This document shows, piece after piece, positions 25,782 to 34,039 of a stretch of DNA of 64,000 nt. How positions within the stretch are numbered: position 1 is the stretch's first letter; every line of letters starts with the position of its first letter. Position numbers and translations under genes: made by a program. The notes beneath the pieces were generated by a model that saw nothing but the letters and a program-made list of their open reading frames with translations, was not told the origin of the DNA and ran no database searches. This DNA comes from an uncultured Oribacterium sp. GTDB lineage: Bacteria; Bacillota; Clostridia; Lachnospirales; Lachnospiraceae. The stretch is from positions 1,082-65,081 of the forward strand of contig CAMKKZ010000018.1 of the NCBI GenBank assembly GCA_946413525.1, in the 5' to 3' direction.

Positions 25782-26783
25782 TCAGGACGCATCCCCCAAA
25801 TATTCCTCATAGATATCAAAGAAATTGGACGCGGTGCTTTCCGGGTGTTCGGAAAGGTCGATTTCATTCCAGAAAGCTTCCCGGAAGCGGACAATGTGCT
25901 CGTCCCGGAAAGCGTGAAATTCAGAAAGGAACGCGTTCGACCGTATCGACCTTTCCAATTTCTCCTTCCTTTCCTCGGTGGCGCCCTCGTCATAGTCATT
26001 CAGGCATTTCAGGATGTAGTATTTGCCGTCCATTTCAAAAACCGAGGATATCCCGTTTTTTTCCAGCGAAAAGGCCTGCCTGTAGAATTCATTGTCCTGC
26101 TCAAACCTTGATAGCTGAAGCTCCGTTACCTGCTCCTCCGATGACTGCCTGGCAAAATAGGCAAAATTTGCCCCCTCCTTTGTCACGTCCTGGTATAGCT
26201 GCTCCGCCGTTCCCCTGTCAGAAAGCACGATTTGCTGTACGGTAATGACCTTGGCATCGGAATCGGAAACCTCAAATTCCACATCGTCCAGGATGGTTTC
26301 AGCCGTCCTCTGGGCGATATAATACTCCTCATAGACGGTCGTCACATCCTTCTGGGTACACCAGTCCATCAGCGCGCGGTCTTCCTCCGACAAGCCTTCA
26401 TAAAACGCGGCAGCAGCAGCACGAATCCTCTCCTGCTCCTCCGTGGTCAGCGGCATCCCCTTTTCCTTCGCCATGAGGTTCAGGGTTTTGATATCCTGAA
26501 GAAACTCCTTCATCCTGGCCACAAAGTACGGTCCGTAAAGGCTTTCCCTCTGTCCCTTCAAAGGGACAGACCATATCTCCGTCCCCAAAAGGCTCTGGTA
26601 ACGATTCCGTTCCGAGGCAATGACCACCATCGCCTCGGCCTTGGAATAGCCGGGAATGCTCTCCGTCTTGCCGGTAATCTCAATTCCCTTGCAAGAGCTG
26701 AGGACAAGGGCAAAAAGAAACAAAATCACAAAAAAACGCCAGGTTCCGATATGCCCGGAACCGCGCCAGGCGGAACTCGCCAT
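25782..26783 (-). CDS. PrsA/SurA-like peptidyl-prolyl isomerase lipoprotein (parvulin-like, degenerate)
   Basis: Start MASSAWRG at 26783 (GAGGGAGGGGGG upstream); lipobox LVLSSC; parvulin-like ..GANFAYFARQSSEE..GKYYILKCL; upstream ORF extension lies in MITE A. Confidence 0.6.
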   Translation of the reverse strand: MASSAWRGSGHIGTWRFFVILFLFALVLSSCKGIEITGKTESIPGYSKAEAMVVIASERNRYQSLLGTEIWSVPLKGQRESLYGPYFVARMKEFLQDIKTLNLMAKEKGMPLTTEEQERIRAAAAAFYEGLSEEDRALMDWCTQKDVTTVYEEYYIAQRTAETILDDVEFEVSDSDAKVITVQQIVLSDRGTAEQLYQDVTKEGANFAYFARQSSEEQVTELQLSRFEQDNEFYRQAFSLEKNGISSVFEMDGKYYILKCLNDYDEGATEERKEKLERSIRSNAFLSEFHAFRDEHIVRFREAFWNEIDLSEHPESTASNFFDIYEEYLGDAS

Positions 26784-26838
26784 CTTGCCCCCCTCCCTCT
26801 CAGAACATTTTTTGCCGCCCTGATTCAACAAATTATCG

Positions 26839-27000
26839 TAACTATTCAGCACCCTATTCGCAGTCGCCTTTGGCGACTGCTCATGTGGGCGTTCAGAGGC
26901 GCTCCGCGCCTTGTCCGCCCTCTGGATTTCCGAGAATTCCAAATGAAAAGCAAGCTTTCCATTTGGAATTCTCGGAAATCCAGAGGGTGCTGAATAGTTA
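26839..27000 (+). mobile_element. 162-bp MITE-like element, copy A
   Basis: TIRs TAACTATTCAGCACCCT (26839-26855) / AGGGTGCTGAATAGTTA (26984-27000); flanking direct repeat CAAATTATCG at 26829-26838 and 27001-27010; internal hairpins. Confidence 0.8.
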
Positions 27001-27044
27001 CAAATTATCGAATCGCCCGCAACGCGTCTTCCGTTTCGGCATTT

Positions 27045-27512
27045 TCAAATAATGTGGTACATGGCGCCCATGATATAAGCGATGATTATTCCAAGGATTG
27101 CGCCTGCCAGTACCTGGAGCGGGGTATGGCCCACATATTCCTTAAGCTTTTTCTCAAACTCATCCTCCTCCCAGTCAAACGGATTGTCCAGAAGGATCTT
27201 GTTCAAAATCACGGCCTGCTTGCCTGTTTCCCTTCTCACGCCGGTGGCATCATACATCACAACGCTTGAAAAAACGAAACAGACAGCAAAATACGGACTT
27301 TCCAGACCATACTGCAGCGCGGCAGATACCGTCAAAGCCACAACAAGGGAAGAGTGGCTGGAGGGCATGCCGCCTGAACCAGTCATCCTCTCCCAATTGA
27401 CGCTCTTATTAAAGTAGGCATCGATTGCCGTCTTGAGCACCTGTGCGGAAAACCAGCCCATCACAGCAGCCATCAACATGTAATTAGCCAATAGCGCATC
27501 CAAAAAATTCAT
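27045..27512 (-). CDS. divergent PAP2 family (DUF212) membrane protein
   Basis: 155 aa; GGMPSSHSSLVVAL and VVMYDATGVRRETGKQA are the DUF212/acid-phosphatase-related signature. Confidence 0.85.
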   Translation of the reverse strand: MNFLDALLANYMLMAAVMGWFSAQVLKTAIDAYFNKSVNWERMTGSGGMPSSHSSLVVALTVSAALQYGLESPYFAVCFVFSSVVMYDATGVRRETGKQAVILNKILLDNPFDWEEDEFEKKLKEYVGHTPLQVLAGAILGIIIAYIMGAMYHII

Positions 27513-27552
27513 TCCTTCTTCCCCAGCTAACGCTTCCCTTCATTCATTATTT

Positions 27553-27714
27553 GTAACAATTCAGCACCCTCTGGATTTCAGAGAATTCCAAATGGAAAGC
27601 TTGCTTTTCATTTGAAATTCTTTTAAGTCCAGAGGGCGGACAAGGCGCGGAGCGCCTCTGAACGCGCGCATGAAGCCGCCAAAGGCGACCGCAAACAGGG
27701 TGCTGAATAGTCAC
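27553..27714 (-). mobile_element. 162-bp MITE-like element, copy B (inverted relative to A)
   Basis: TIRs GTAACAATTCAGCACCCT / AGGGTGCTGAATAGTCAC; flanking direct repeat CATTATTT at 27545-27552 and 27715-27722; roughly 85-90% identical by eye to reverse complement of A. Confidence 0.8.
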
Positions 27715-27744
27715 CATTATTTACCATTATTTATCATTCATTAT

Positions 27745-27798
27745 TCATAATAAATAACCGGACTTTCCCACGGCATCCTCTCTTGTGCCGTGGGAAAG
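27745..27798 (-). terminator. terminator downstream of glgA
   Basis: CTTTCCCACGGCA-N10-TGCCGTGGGAAAG 13-bp stem, T-rich tract on minus strand. Confidence 0.65.
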
Positions 27799-27830
27799 CC
27801 GATTGAAACCTTGAATTGGCGTGCCAAGAC

Positions 27831-27950
27831 AGCGCGGCAAGCCACAGGCAAGGCCAGGACTTGATAGCCCGGCGCGGCTAGCCACAGGCAGGGCCAGGAC
27901 TTGATAGCCCGGCGCGGCTAGCCACAGGCAAGGCCAGGGCTTAATAGCCG
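27831..27950. repeat. 40-bp x 3 tandem repeat overlapping the glgA stop
   Basis: GCGCGGC(A/T)AGCCACAGGCA(A/G)GGCCAGG(A/G)CTT(G/A)ATAGCC units at 27831, 27871, 27911; third unit contains the last glgA codons and TAA. Confidence 0.85.
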
Positions 27951-29386
27951 ATCAGCCAGTCATACAGTTCCTGATACTTCAGGGCGGAGGAATGCCATGA
28001 GAAATCCTTCAGCATCGCCCTGTCCACCATCTTGTTCCATTCCCTCTTCCGGTCGTAATAGATCCTCTCCGCGTAACGGATGGCGCCCAGCATTTCATGG
28101 GCATTGTAATTCGTGAAGGAGAAGCCCGTGCCGCTGTCCTCGAACTCATTGTACGGCTCCACGGTATCCTTCAGGCCGCCGGTCTCCCGGACAATGGGGA
28201 GCGTCCCGTAACGCAGGGCGATAAGCTGTGAAAGCCCGCAGGGCTCGAACAGCGAAGGCATCAGGTAGGCATCGCAGGCAGCATAAATCTTGTGGCTGAT
28301 CTCATTGGAATAATAAATCTGCGCGGAAACCTTGTCATGGTATTTCCAGTCATAATGACGGAACATATTCTCATACTGCTCATCCCCCGTTCCAAGGACG
28401 ACGAACTGTATGGCGTCCTGGCAGAGCTCGTCCATGACGCACTGGACAAGGTCCAGCCCCTTCTGATCCGTCAGACGGGAAACCACGCCGATCATCATCC
28501 GGCCCGGATCCACCGTCATGCCCCAATCCTCCTGAAGAGCCTGCTTGTTCTTGAACTTTTCCTTTCGGAAATTCTTCTGGTTGTAATTCTTGACAAGGAA
28601 GGGGTCGTGCTCCGGATCCCATTCCTCATAGTCTATGCCGTTCACGATGCCCCGGAGATCATGCTCCCTGGCGCAGAGCAGGCCGTCCAGCCCCTCCCCG
28701 TAGAATGGCATCTTGATTTCCTGCGCGTATGTGTCGGACACGGTCGTAATGGCATCCGCGTAGACAATGCCGCCCTTCAGGAGGTTCCCGTCCTTCTTGC
28801 ATTCCAGCTTGTCCGGCGTGAAATAGTAATCCGAAAGCTGGGTGAAGCGCTGGATCGTCTTCACGTCCCACACGCCCTGGAACTTCAGGTTGTGGATGGT
28901 GATGACGCTCTTGATGGAACGGTAGAACTCCCCGCCGGCGAAACGATCCTTCAGGAGCACCGGCACCAGGCCGGTCTGCCAGTCATGGCAATGGATCAAA
29001 TCCGGATGGAAGTCCAGAAGCGGCAGCGCGGACAGAGCGGCATAGCAGAAGAAGCAGAACTTCTCCAGGTCCCAATACCAGTCGCCGTAAGGCCTGTCTC
29101 CGGAAAAATAGGACTCATTGTCAATGAAATAATAAGTGACATCCTCGTAGACATACTTCAGGACGCCCACATAACGGGATATCCCCAAGTAATCCATGTA
29201 GAAATGGGTGACATATTCCATCTTTTCGCGCCATTTCCAGGGGATGCACATATACTTCGGGATAATGACCCTGCAATCATAATAATTGCGGTCAATCGTC
29301 CTGGGAAGGGATCCCACTACGTCCGCAAGCCCCCCCGTCTTGATAAACGGGACCGCTTCGGATGCAAGAAATAAAATATTCTTCAT
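27941..29386 (-). CDS. glgA: glycogen synthase
   Basis: KTGGLADV ADP-glucose motif near N-terminus; ATG 29386 (MKNILFLASE) has AAGGAGG 8 nt upstream (ORF track starts at TTG 29392). Confidence 0.9.
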   Translation of the reverse strand: MKNILFLASEAVPFIKTGGLADVVGSLPRTIDRNYYDCRVIIPKYMCIPWKWREKMEYVTHFYMDYLGISRYVGVLKYVYEDVTYYFIDNESYFSGDRPYGDWYWDLEKFCFFCYAALSALPLLDFHPDLIHCHDWQTGLVPVLLKDRFAGGEFYRSIKSVITIHNLKFQGVWDVKTIQRFTQLSDYYFTPDKLECKKDGNLLKGGIVYADAITTVSDTYAQEIKMPFYGEGLDGLLCAREHDLRGIVNGIDYEEWDPEHDPFLVKNYNQKNFRKEKFKNKQALQEDWGMTVDPGRMMIGVVSRLTDQKGLDLVQCVMDELCQDAIQFVVLGTGDEQYENMFRHYDWKYHDKVSAQIYYSNEISHKIYAACDAYLMPSLFEPCGLSQLIALRYGTLPIVRETGGLKDTVEPYNEFEDSGTGFSFTNYNAHEMLGAIRYAERIYYDRKREWNKMVDRAMLKDFSWHSSALKYQELYDWLIGY

Positions 29387-29439
29387 AAGCAAAACCTCCT
29401 TGAGCCTTGATATATCATAATATTTATAGTTTACTATGA

Positions 29440-31092
29440 TTATCCGTTGTTCGCAAGAAGTTTAAGTTCTCTTGCATTGGCAAGCACGGTTTCCGTGAGC
29501 CTCCCTCCGGCCAGAAGCCTGGCCAGCTCCCTCACGGATTCCTCCCCTTCCAGTTCCCGGATCCCTGTGCGGGTCTTGTCGCCCTCAACGGTCTTTTCGA
29601 TGACAAAATGAGTATCGGCCTTCGCGGCGATCTGGGGAAGGTGCGTGATAAGGATGACCTGGTGGAGGCGGGCGATCTTCTTCAGCTTGTCGGAAACCTT
29701 TTCCGCCGTCCTCCCTGAAATTCCCGTGTCGATCTCATCAAAAATCAGCGTGGGAATCGAGTCCGTATCCGCAAGCACCGTCTTGATGGAAAGCATGATC
29801 CGGGAGAGCTCGCCGCCGGAGGCGACCTCGGAAAGGGGGCGGACCGGCTCCCCGGGATTCAGGCTCACCATGAAGCGCGCCTCGTCCCTCCCGTTCGGTC
29901 CCGGCTTTGGCAGGACGGAAAAGGCCATGTCGAACTGCACGGAAAGAAATCCAAGCTCCTCCATTTCCCCGCGTATCCGGCCACACAAAAGCTCCGCCCC
30001 CCGCTTCCTGATCTCGCTCAGCCTGGAGCAATTATCCAGAAGCTCCTTCGACAGGGCCGCGCCCTCCCGGCGCAGCCTTTCCCTGCTTTCCTCGTAATGC
30101 TCAAGCTCCGCAAGCCTTGCCTTCTTTGCCTCCAGGGTCTCCATGACCTTCCCGACCGTCCCCCCATATTTCAGAAGGAGGTTCCTCAGAAAGTCCAGCC
30201 TCTCCGTCACGGCCGTGGCCTCTTCCTCGTCAAAATCATTTTCGTCAAGATAATGCGACAATTCCCGCGCCGTATCGCCCGCAATGCTCTCCAGGTCGAA
30301 CAGGCTGTCCGCCGGTCCCTTCAGCCCGCCATCGTATTGCAGCGCGTCCTGCAGTTCCCGCACGGCCCTCGAAAAATCAGCGCCCTCCAGTATCCGGAGG
30401 GCCTCCGTGACGCTGCCAAGGATTTTTTTCGCGTTCTGGAAACGGCGTGCTTTTTCCGAAAGCTCTTCCTCTTCCCCCTCCCGGAGCCTGGCCGCCTCTA
30501 TCTCGCCAATCTCAAAGCGGAGGAAGTCCAGCTCCCTTTTGAGCTGTCCCTCGTCCATCTGCAGGGATGCGTATTTCTGACGCACCTCCGAATAACGCCT
30601 GTAGGAGGCCGCCACGGCCTCCCTGGCTTCCGCCGCCTCCCCGGAAAGAAAGGCGTCCAGAATGCGGAGGTGCGACCCCTCCTTCAGAAGGCTCTGATGC
30701 TCATGCTGGCCATGAATGTCTATGAGCAGCTCCGTCACAGAGCGTAATTTTGCCACGGTGGAGGCCTGGTCATTAATCCGGATTTCCGAACGCTTGTCCG
30801 TAATCTTCCTCCGGATGATAAGCTGCCCATCCTCCGGCTCCACCTCCAGCTCGTTCAGTTTTTTTAGCTGTTCCTCCGTGAAGTCCGAAAAAACAAGCTC
30901 CACAAAGCCGCTGGACTGACCCTTCCGGATCAGATCCTTCCCGGCCTTTTGCCCAAGGGCAAGACCGATGGAATCGAACAGGATTGATTTTCCCGCGCCC
31001 GTCTCCCCGGTCAGGATATTAAGGCCCGGCCCGAACTCCACATCCGAAGAATCAATCAGGGCCAGATCCTTTACATGGAGATGATTCAGCAT
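29440..31092 (-). CDS. recN: DNA repair protein RecN
   Basis: GETGAGKSI Walker A, SMC-like coiled coil, C-terminal SGGELSR; start MLNHLHVKDL at 31092 with GGAGGGAGAGGG upstream. Confidence 0.9.
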   Translation of the reverse strand: MLNHLHVKDLALIDSSDVEFGPGLNILTGETGAGKSILFDSIGLALGQKAGKDLIRKGQSSGFVELVFSDFTEEQLKKLNELEVEPEDGQLIIRRKITDKRSEIRINDQASTVAKLRSVTELLIDIHGQHEHQSLLKEGSHLRILDAFLSGEAAEAREAVAASYRRYSEVRQKYASLQMDEGQLKRELDFLRFEIGEIEAARLREGEEEELSEKARRFQNAKKILGSVTEALRILEGADFSRAVRELQDALQYDGGLKGPADSLFDLESIAGDTARELSHYLDENDFDEEEATAVTERLDFLRNLLLKYGGTVGKVMETLEAKKARLAELEHYEESRERLRREGAALSKELLDNCSRLSEIRKRGAELLCGRIRGEMEELGFLSVQFDMAFSVLPKPGPNGRDEARFMVSLNPGEPVRPLSEVASGGELSRIMLSIKTVLADTDSIPTLIFDEIDTGISGRTAEKVSDKLKKIARLHQVILITHLPQIAAKADTHFVIEKTVEGDKTRTGIRELEGEESVRELARLLAGGRLTETVLANARELKLLANNG

Positions 31093-31121
31093 CCCTCTCC
31101 CTCCATTTTTACTTATTCGTA

Positions 31122-31234
31122 ATTGCGCATTTTGCATTCAATATTATGCATTACCTATTCAAAATTGCGCATTATATATTTCGAATTTGGGATTGCGCGT
31201 TATATATTTCGAATTTGGGATCACGCGTTATCCC
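31122..31234. repeat. 28-bp tandem repeat between argR and recN
   Basis: ATTGCGC(A/G)TTATATATTTCGAATTTGGG at 31164 and 31192, partial copies at 31122 and 31220. Confidence 0.8.
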
Positions 31235-31693
31235 TCATTGCGGTTTCACAAGCTTCTGGATCTTCTCAAGCATGGCCATGGCATCCTTTGGCTCCTTCAG
31301 AGCGCACATAATCGTATCATCCCCCGCCAGCGTGCCTACAAGCTTTTCAAAATGAAGCTGGTCCAGCGCCGCTGCCAGCGCGTTGGCCATGCCGGACATT
31401 GTATGCACCACCAGGAGGTTCCCGGCTGTATCCATGGAGATCAGCCCCTCCCGCAGAACACGGACATACTTCTCACGGCCGTCCGCCCCGTTATCCTCAC
31501 TCCCCCGGTAATGATGCTTTCCGTCCGCTCCCTTCGTCTTAAAGAGCTTAAGCTCCCTGATATCCTTGGAAAGCGTAGCCTGCGTTACCTTAAAGCCCTC
31601 CCCTTCCAGAAGCTCCTTCAGAGTCTCCTGTGTATCCACCGTTCGGAGCCTTACCAGCTCCAGAATTTTGTCCTGCCTGCTTTTTTTCGTCAT
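31235..31693 (-). CDS. argR: arginine repressor
   Basis: 152 aa; N-terminal winged helix KSRQDKILELV..TQETL, C-terminal ..DTAGNLLVVHTMSGMANALAAALD. Confidence 0.9.
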   Translation of the reverse strand: MTKKSRQDKILELVRLRTVDTQETLKELLEGEGFKVTQATLSKDIRELKLFKTKGADGKHHYRGSEDNGADGREKYVRVLREGLISMDTAGNLLVVHTMSGMANALAAALDQLHFEKLVGTLAGDDTIMCALKEPKDAMAMLEKIQKLVKPQ

Positions 31694-31787
31694 ATCACCT
31701 TACTAACCTCTATGCCCCGCCGCATTTTCAGAATCTTAATGCCTCAAGATGTCGCGGCGAAAGCATCGAGTCAGGGGACGCGCGCCT

Positions 31788-32609
31788 TTATACAGGCTTC
31801 ATTTTGTCCCGGAGTATTTTCATAAAGCTTCGCCTCCCAATCCTGAGCAGCGTCGTCCTCTCCCCGGCCTTCCTGATCCGGACAAGATCCCCCTGCTCAA
31901 GCGGGCAGAGCTTCCAGCCGTCAAAGGCCGCCACCTGGCTGTCGGATTCCACATGTATTTCCAATATGCTGGAATCGTCCATCACTACGGCCCGGCCATT
32001 CAGGGAATGGGAGCAGATCGGTGTCATTACATAAACAGGAGCCATCGGGGAGACGATCGGCCCCCCCGCCGAAAGATTGTAGGCAGTGGAACCGGTGGGC
32101 GTTGATACGATGAAGCCGTCCGCCGCGTAATTCATGAGCTCCTGACCATCGCAAAAAACGCTGAAATGGAGCATATTAATGCCGACCTGCCTGGAAAGGA
32201 GGATTTCATTCAGTGCCAGGCCTTTCTCTATCCTGCAGCCGTTCCGGATAATCTCGCCATACAGCATGGCCCTCTTGTCCAGCTCATAACGACTGGCCAG
32301 CAGCGCGCTGAGGGCGCCGGGTATCTGCTCCATTTCCATCACCTCCGCAAGATACCCAAGATGGCCGACATTGATCCCCAGAATGGGAATTGCCTCCCCC
32401 TGGAGGATTCCCGCCGCCCGAAGGATCGTGCCGTCCCCGCCCAGCGTGATCAGGTAATCCGACCCAGCCAGTTCCTCCCGAGTATACGTTTCGGTCACGA
32501 AAAGGCGCGCCGATACGCCATGCTCCCTGAGAAAATGAAGCACGGTGTCAGCATAGGCATGAACGCCTTCCTTTTTCCTGTTGGCGATAATGGAAATATT
32601 CATAGACAC
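31788..32609 (-). CDS. nadK: NAD kinase
   Basis: 273 aa; GGDGT motif (ITLGGDGTILRAAG) and STPTGSTAYNLSAGGPIV. Confidence 0.9.
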   Translation of the reverse strand: MSMNISIIANRKKEGVHAYADTVLHFLREHGVSARLFVTETYTREELAGSDYLITLGGDGTILRAAGILQGEAIPILGINVGHLGYLAEVMEMEQIPGALSALLASRYELDKRAMLYGEIIRNGCRIEKGLALNEILLSRQVGINMLHFSVFCDGQELMNYAADGFIVSTPTGSTAYNLSAGGPIVSPMAPVYVMTPICSHSLNGRAVVMDDSSILEIHVESDSQVAAFDGWKLCPLEQGDLVRIRKAGERTTLLRIGRRSFMKILRDKMKPV

Positions 32610-32661
32610 AATTTATAAACATTCAGCCTGGTTGCATCAATTTAGTCCTTCATTCCTCACG

Positions 32662-33795
32662 CTAAAGCGCGGCATGGGAAAGCTCAACAACTCTCCGTAC
32701 CATGGAGTCCACCCTCGCCGAGGCCTCCTCCCCGGCCATTCCGCCATCTTTCCCGGCGTCCTCATTTCCTTCTCCGGGCTTCGAGGCTTTTCCTCCGGCG
32801 TCCACGCCTTTTTCCCTGGCCTTTCCGCCATCTTTCCCGGCGTCCGCGCTTCCTTCTCCGGGCTTCAAGGCTTTTCCTCCGGCGTCCACGCCTTTTCCCC
32901 CGGCCTTTCCGCCATCTTTCCCGGCGTCCGCGCTTCCTTCTCCGGGCTTCGAGGCTTTTTCCCCGGCCTTTCCGGCCTCCCCGCCTTTCGACAGCCAGAG
33001 CAGGTATTCGATATTGCCCTCCGGCCCGCGTATCGGCGAATAATCAAGACCCCTTACTGAAAAGCCGGACTCCTCCGAAAAGGCGATAATGCCTTCAATC
33101 ACACTGCGGTGCACGTCAGGATCCCTCACAACCCCCTTTTTCCCTACCTGCTCCCTCCCCGCCTCGAACTGCGGCTTGATAAGGCAGACCATCTCCCCCC
33201 TTTCGGACAGGAGATCGGCCGCAACAGGAAGCACCAGCCTGAGGCCTATGAAGGAAACGTCAATGGAGATGAAATCCGCCGCCTCCCCGATATCCTGAGG
33301 CCTGACATAGCGAATGTTGCGCTTTTCCATGACAACGACCCGCTCGTCATTCCTTAATTTCCAGTCGAGCTGCCCGTGCCCCACATCAATGGCGTAGACC
33401 CGGGAGGCGCCGTTTTGAAGCATGCAGTCCGTAAAACCGCCCGTAGACGCCCCGATATCAATGCATACCTTCCCTTCAAGGGAAAGGGCAAAACAGGAAA
33501 GGGCCTTCTCCAGCTTCAGCCCTCCCCTGGACACATAACGGAGCTCCGTGCCGCGGACGCTTATCACGGCTTCCCGGGGAAAAAGGCTTCCGGCCTTGTC
33601 TTCCTTCTGCCCGTCCACATATACGAGGCCCGCCATGATGCATCTCTTCGCCCTCTCGCGGGAAGGGGCAAGCCCCCTTTCCACCAAAAGCACGTCCAGC
33701 CTCTCTTTTCCACCGCCGGAGCCGGGGACATTCCCCCGTTTCCCACGGGAACCGCGGAGCGGGGGGACGTCCCCGGTTCCAGTTCCGAACTGCAT
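32662..33795 (-). CDS. tlyA: TlyA family rRNA (cytidine-2'-O)-methyltransferase with repeat-rich C-terminal extension
   Basis: S4 domain RLDVLLVERGLAPSRERAKRCI, FtsJ motif IDIGASTGGFTD; start MQFGTG at 33795 (GGTAGGAG upstream), ORF-track start 33849 is inside the leader repeat. Confidence 0.85.
   Translation of the reverse strand: MQFGTGTGDVPPLRGSRGKRGNVPGSGGGKERLDVLLVERGLAPSRERAKRCIMAGLVYVDGQKEDKAGSLFPREAVISVRGTELRYVSRGGLKLEKALSCFALSLEGKVCIDIGASTGGFTDCMLQNGASRVYAIDVGHGQLDWKLRNDERVVVMEKRNIRYVRPQDIGEAADFISIDVSFIGLRLVLPVAADLLSERGEMVCLIKPQFEAGREQVGKKGVVRDPDVHRSVIEGIIAFSEESGFSVRGLDYSPIRGPEGNIEYLLWLSKGGEAGKAGEKASKPGEGSADAGKDGGKAGGKGVDAGGKALKPGEGSADAGKDGGKAREKGVDAGGKASKPGEGNEDAGKDGGMAGEEASARVDSMVRRVVELSHAAL
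32735..32985 (-). repeat. in-frame 84-bp x ~2.7 tandem repeat at tlyA 3' end
   Basis: CCGCCATCTTTCCCGGCGTCC at 32741, 32825, 32909; encodes KPGEGSADAGKDGGKA..KGVDAGGKA blocks. Confidence 0.85.
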
Positions 33796-33810
33796 ACTCC
33801 TACCCTCTTT

Positions 33811-33957
33811 CTCCCCTATTAGAGTGGGTTTTTGCCACTCTGATTTCATGACAAACCGATGCGGTATCGCATCAGCAAGGCTCCCCTGTCAGAGTGGGGG
33901 TTGACCACTCTAAGTTCCTGACATAGCGAACCGCTTGCGGGGCAAATCGGCTCTCCC
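33811..33957. repeat. two-hairpin intercistronic repeat, cluster c (2 units)
   Basis: CTCCCCTATTAGAGTGGGTTTTTGCCACTCTGATTTCATGACAAACCGATGCGGTATCGCATCAGCAAGGCTCCCC + type III unit; between dxs stop and tlyA start. Confidence 0.85.
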
Positions 33958-34039
33958 GACGGAACCCGGGACGCCTGCTCGTTCCATAGCGACGCGGAAC
34001 AAGGCAGTGCCCCAGGCTCCGCCGCCCCCGTTCCGTTAA

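Noticed and set aside
31100-31235. ARG boxes for ArgR in the argR-recN spacer
   Set aside because: There is only a loose resemblance (TGCATTCAATATTATGCA) to the TGAAT-N4-ATTCA core, and no tandem pair of boxes at canonical spacing. It is kept only as a low-interest note.
33796-33849. N-terminal ORF extensions running into the leader repeats (also 10496..10528, 3526..3561, 62155..62259)
   Set aside because: The extensions translate the repeat hairpin. Internal ATGs have proper SD sequences donated by the repeat, and homolog N-termini begin at the internal ATG.
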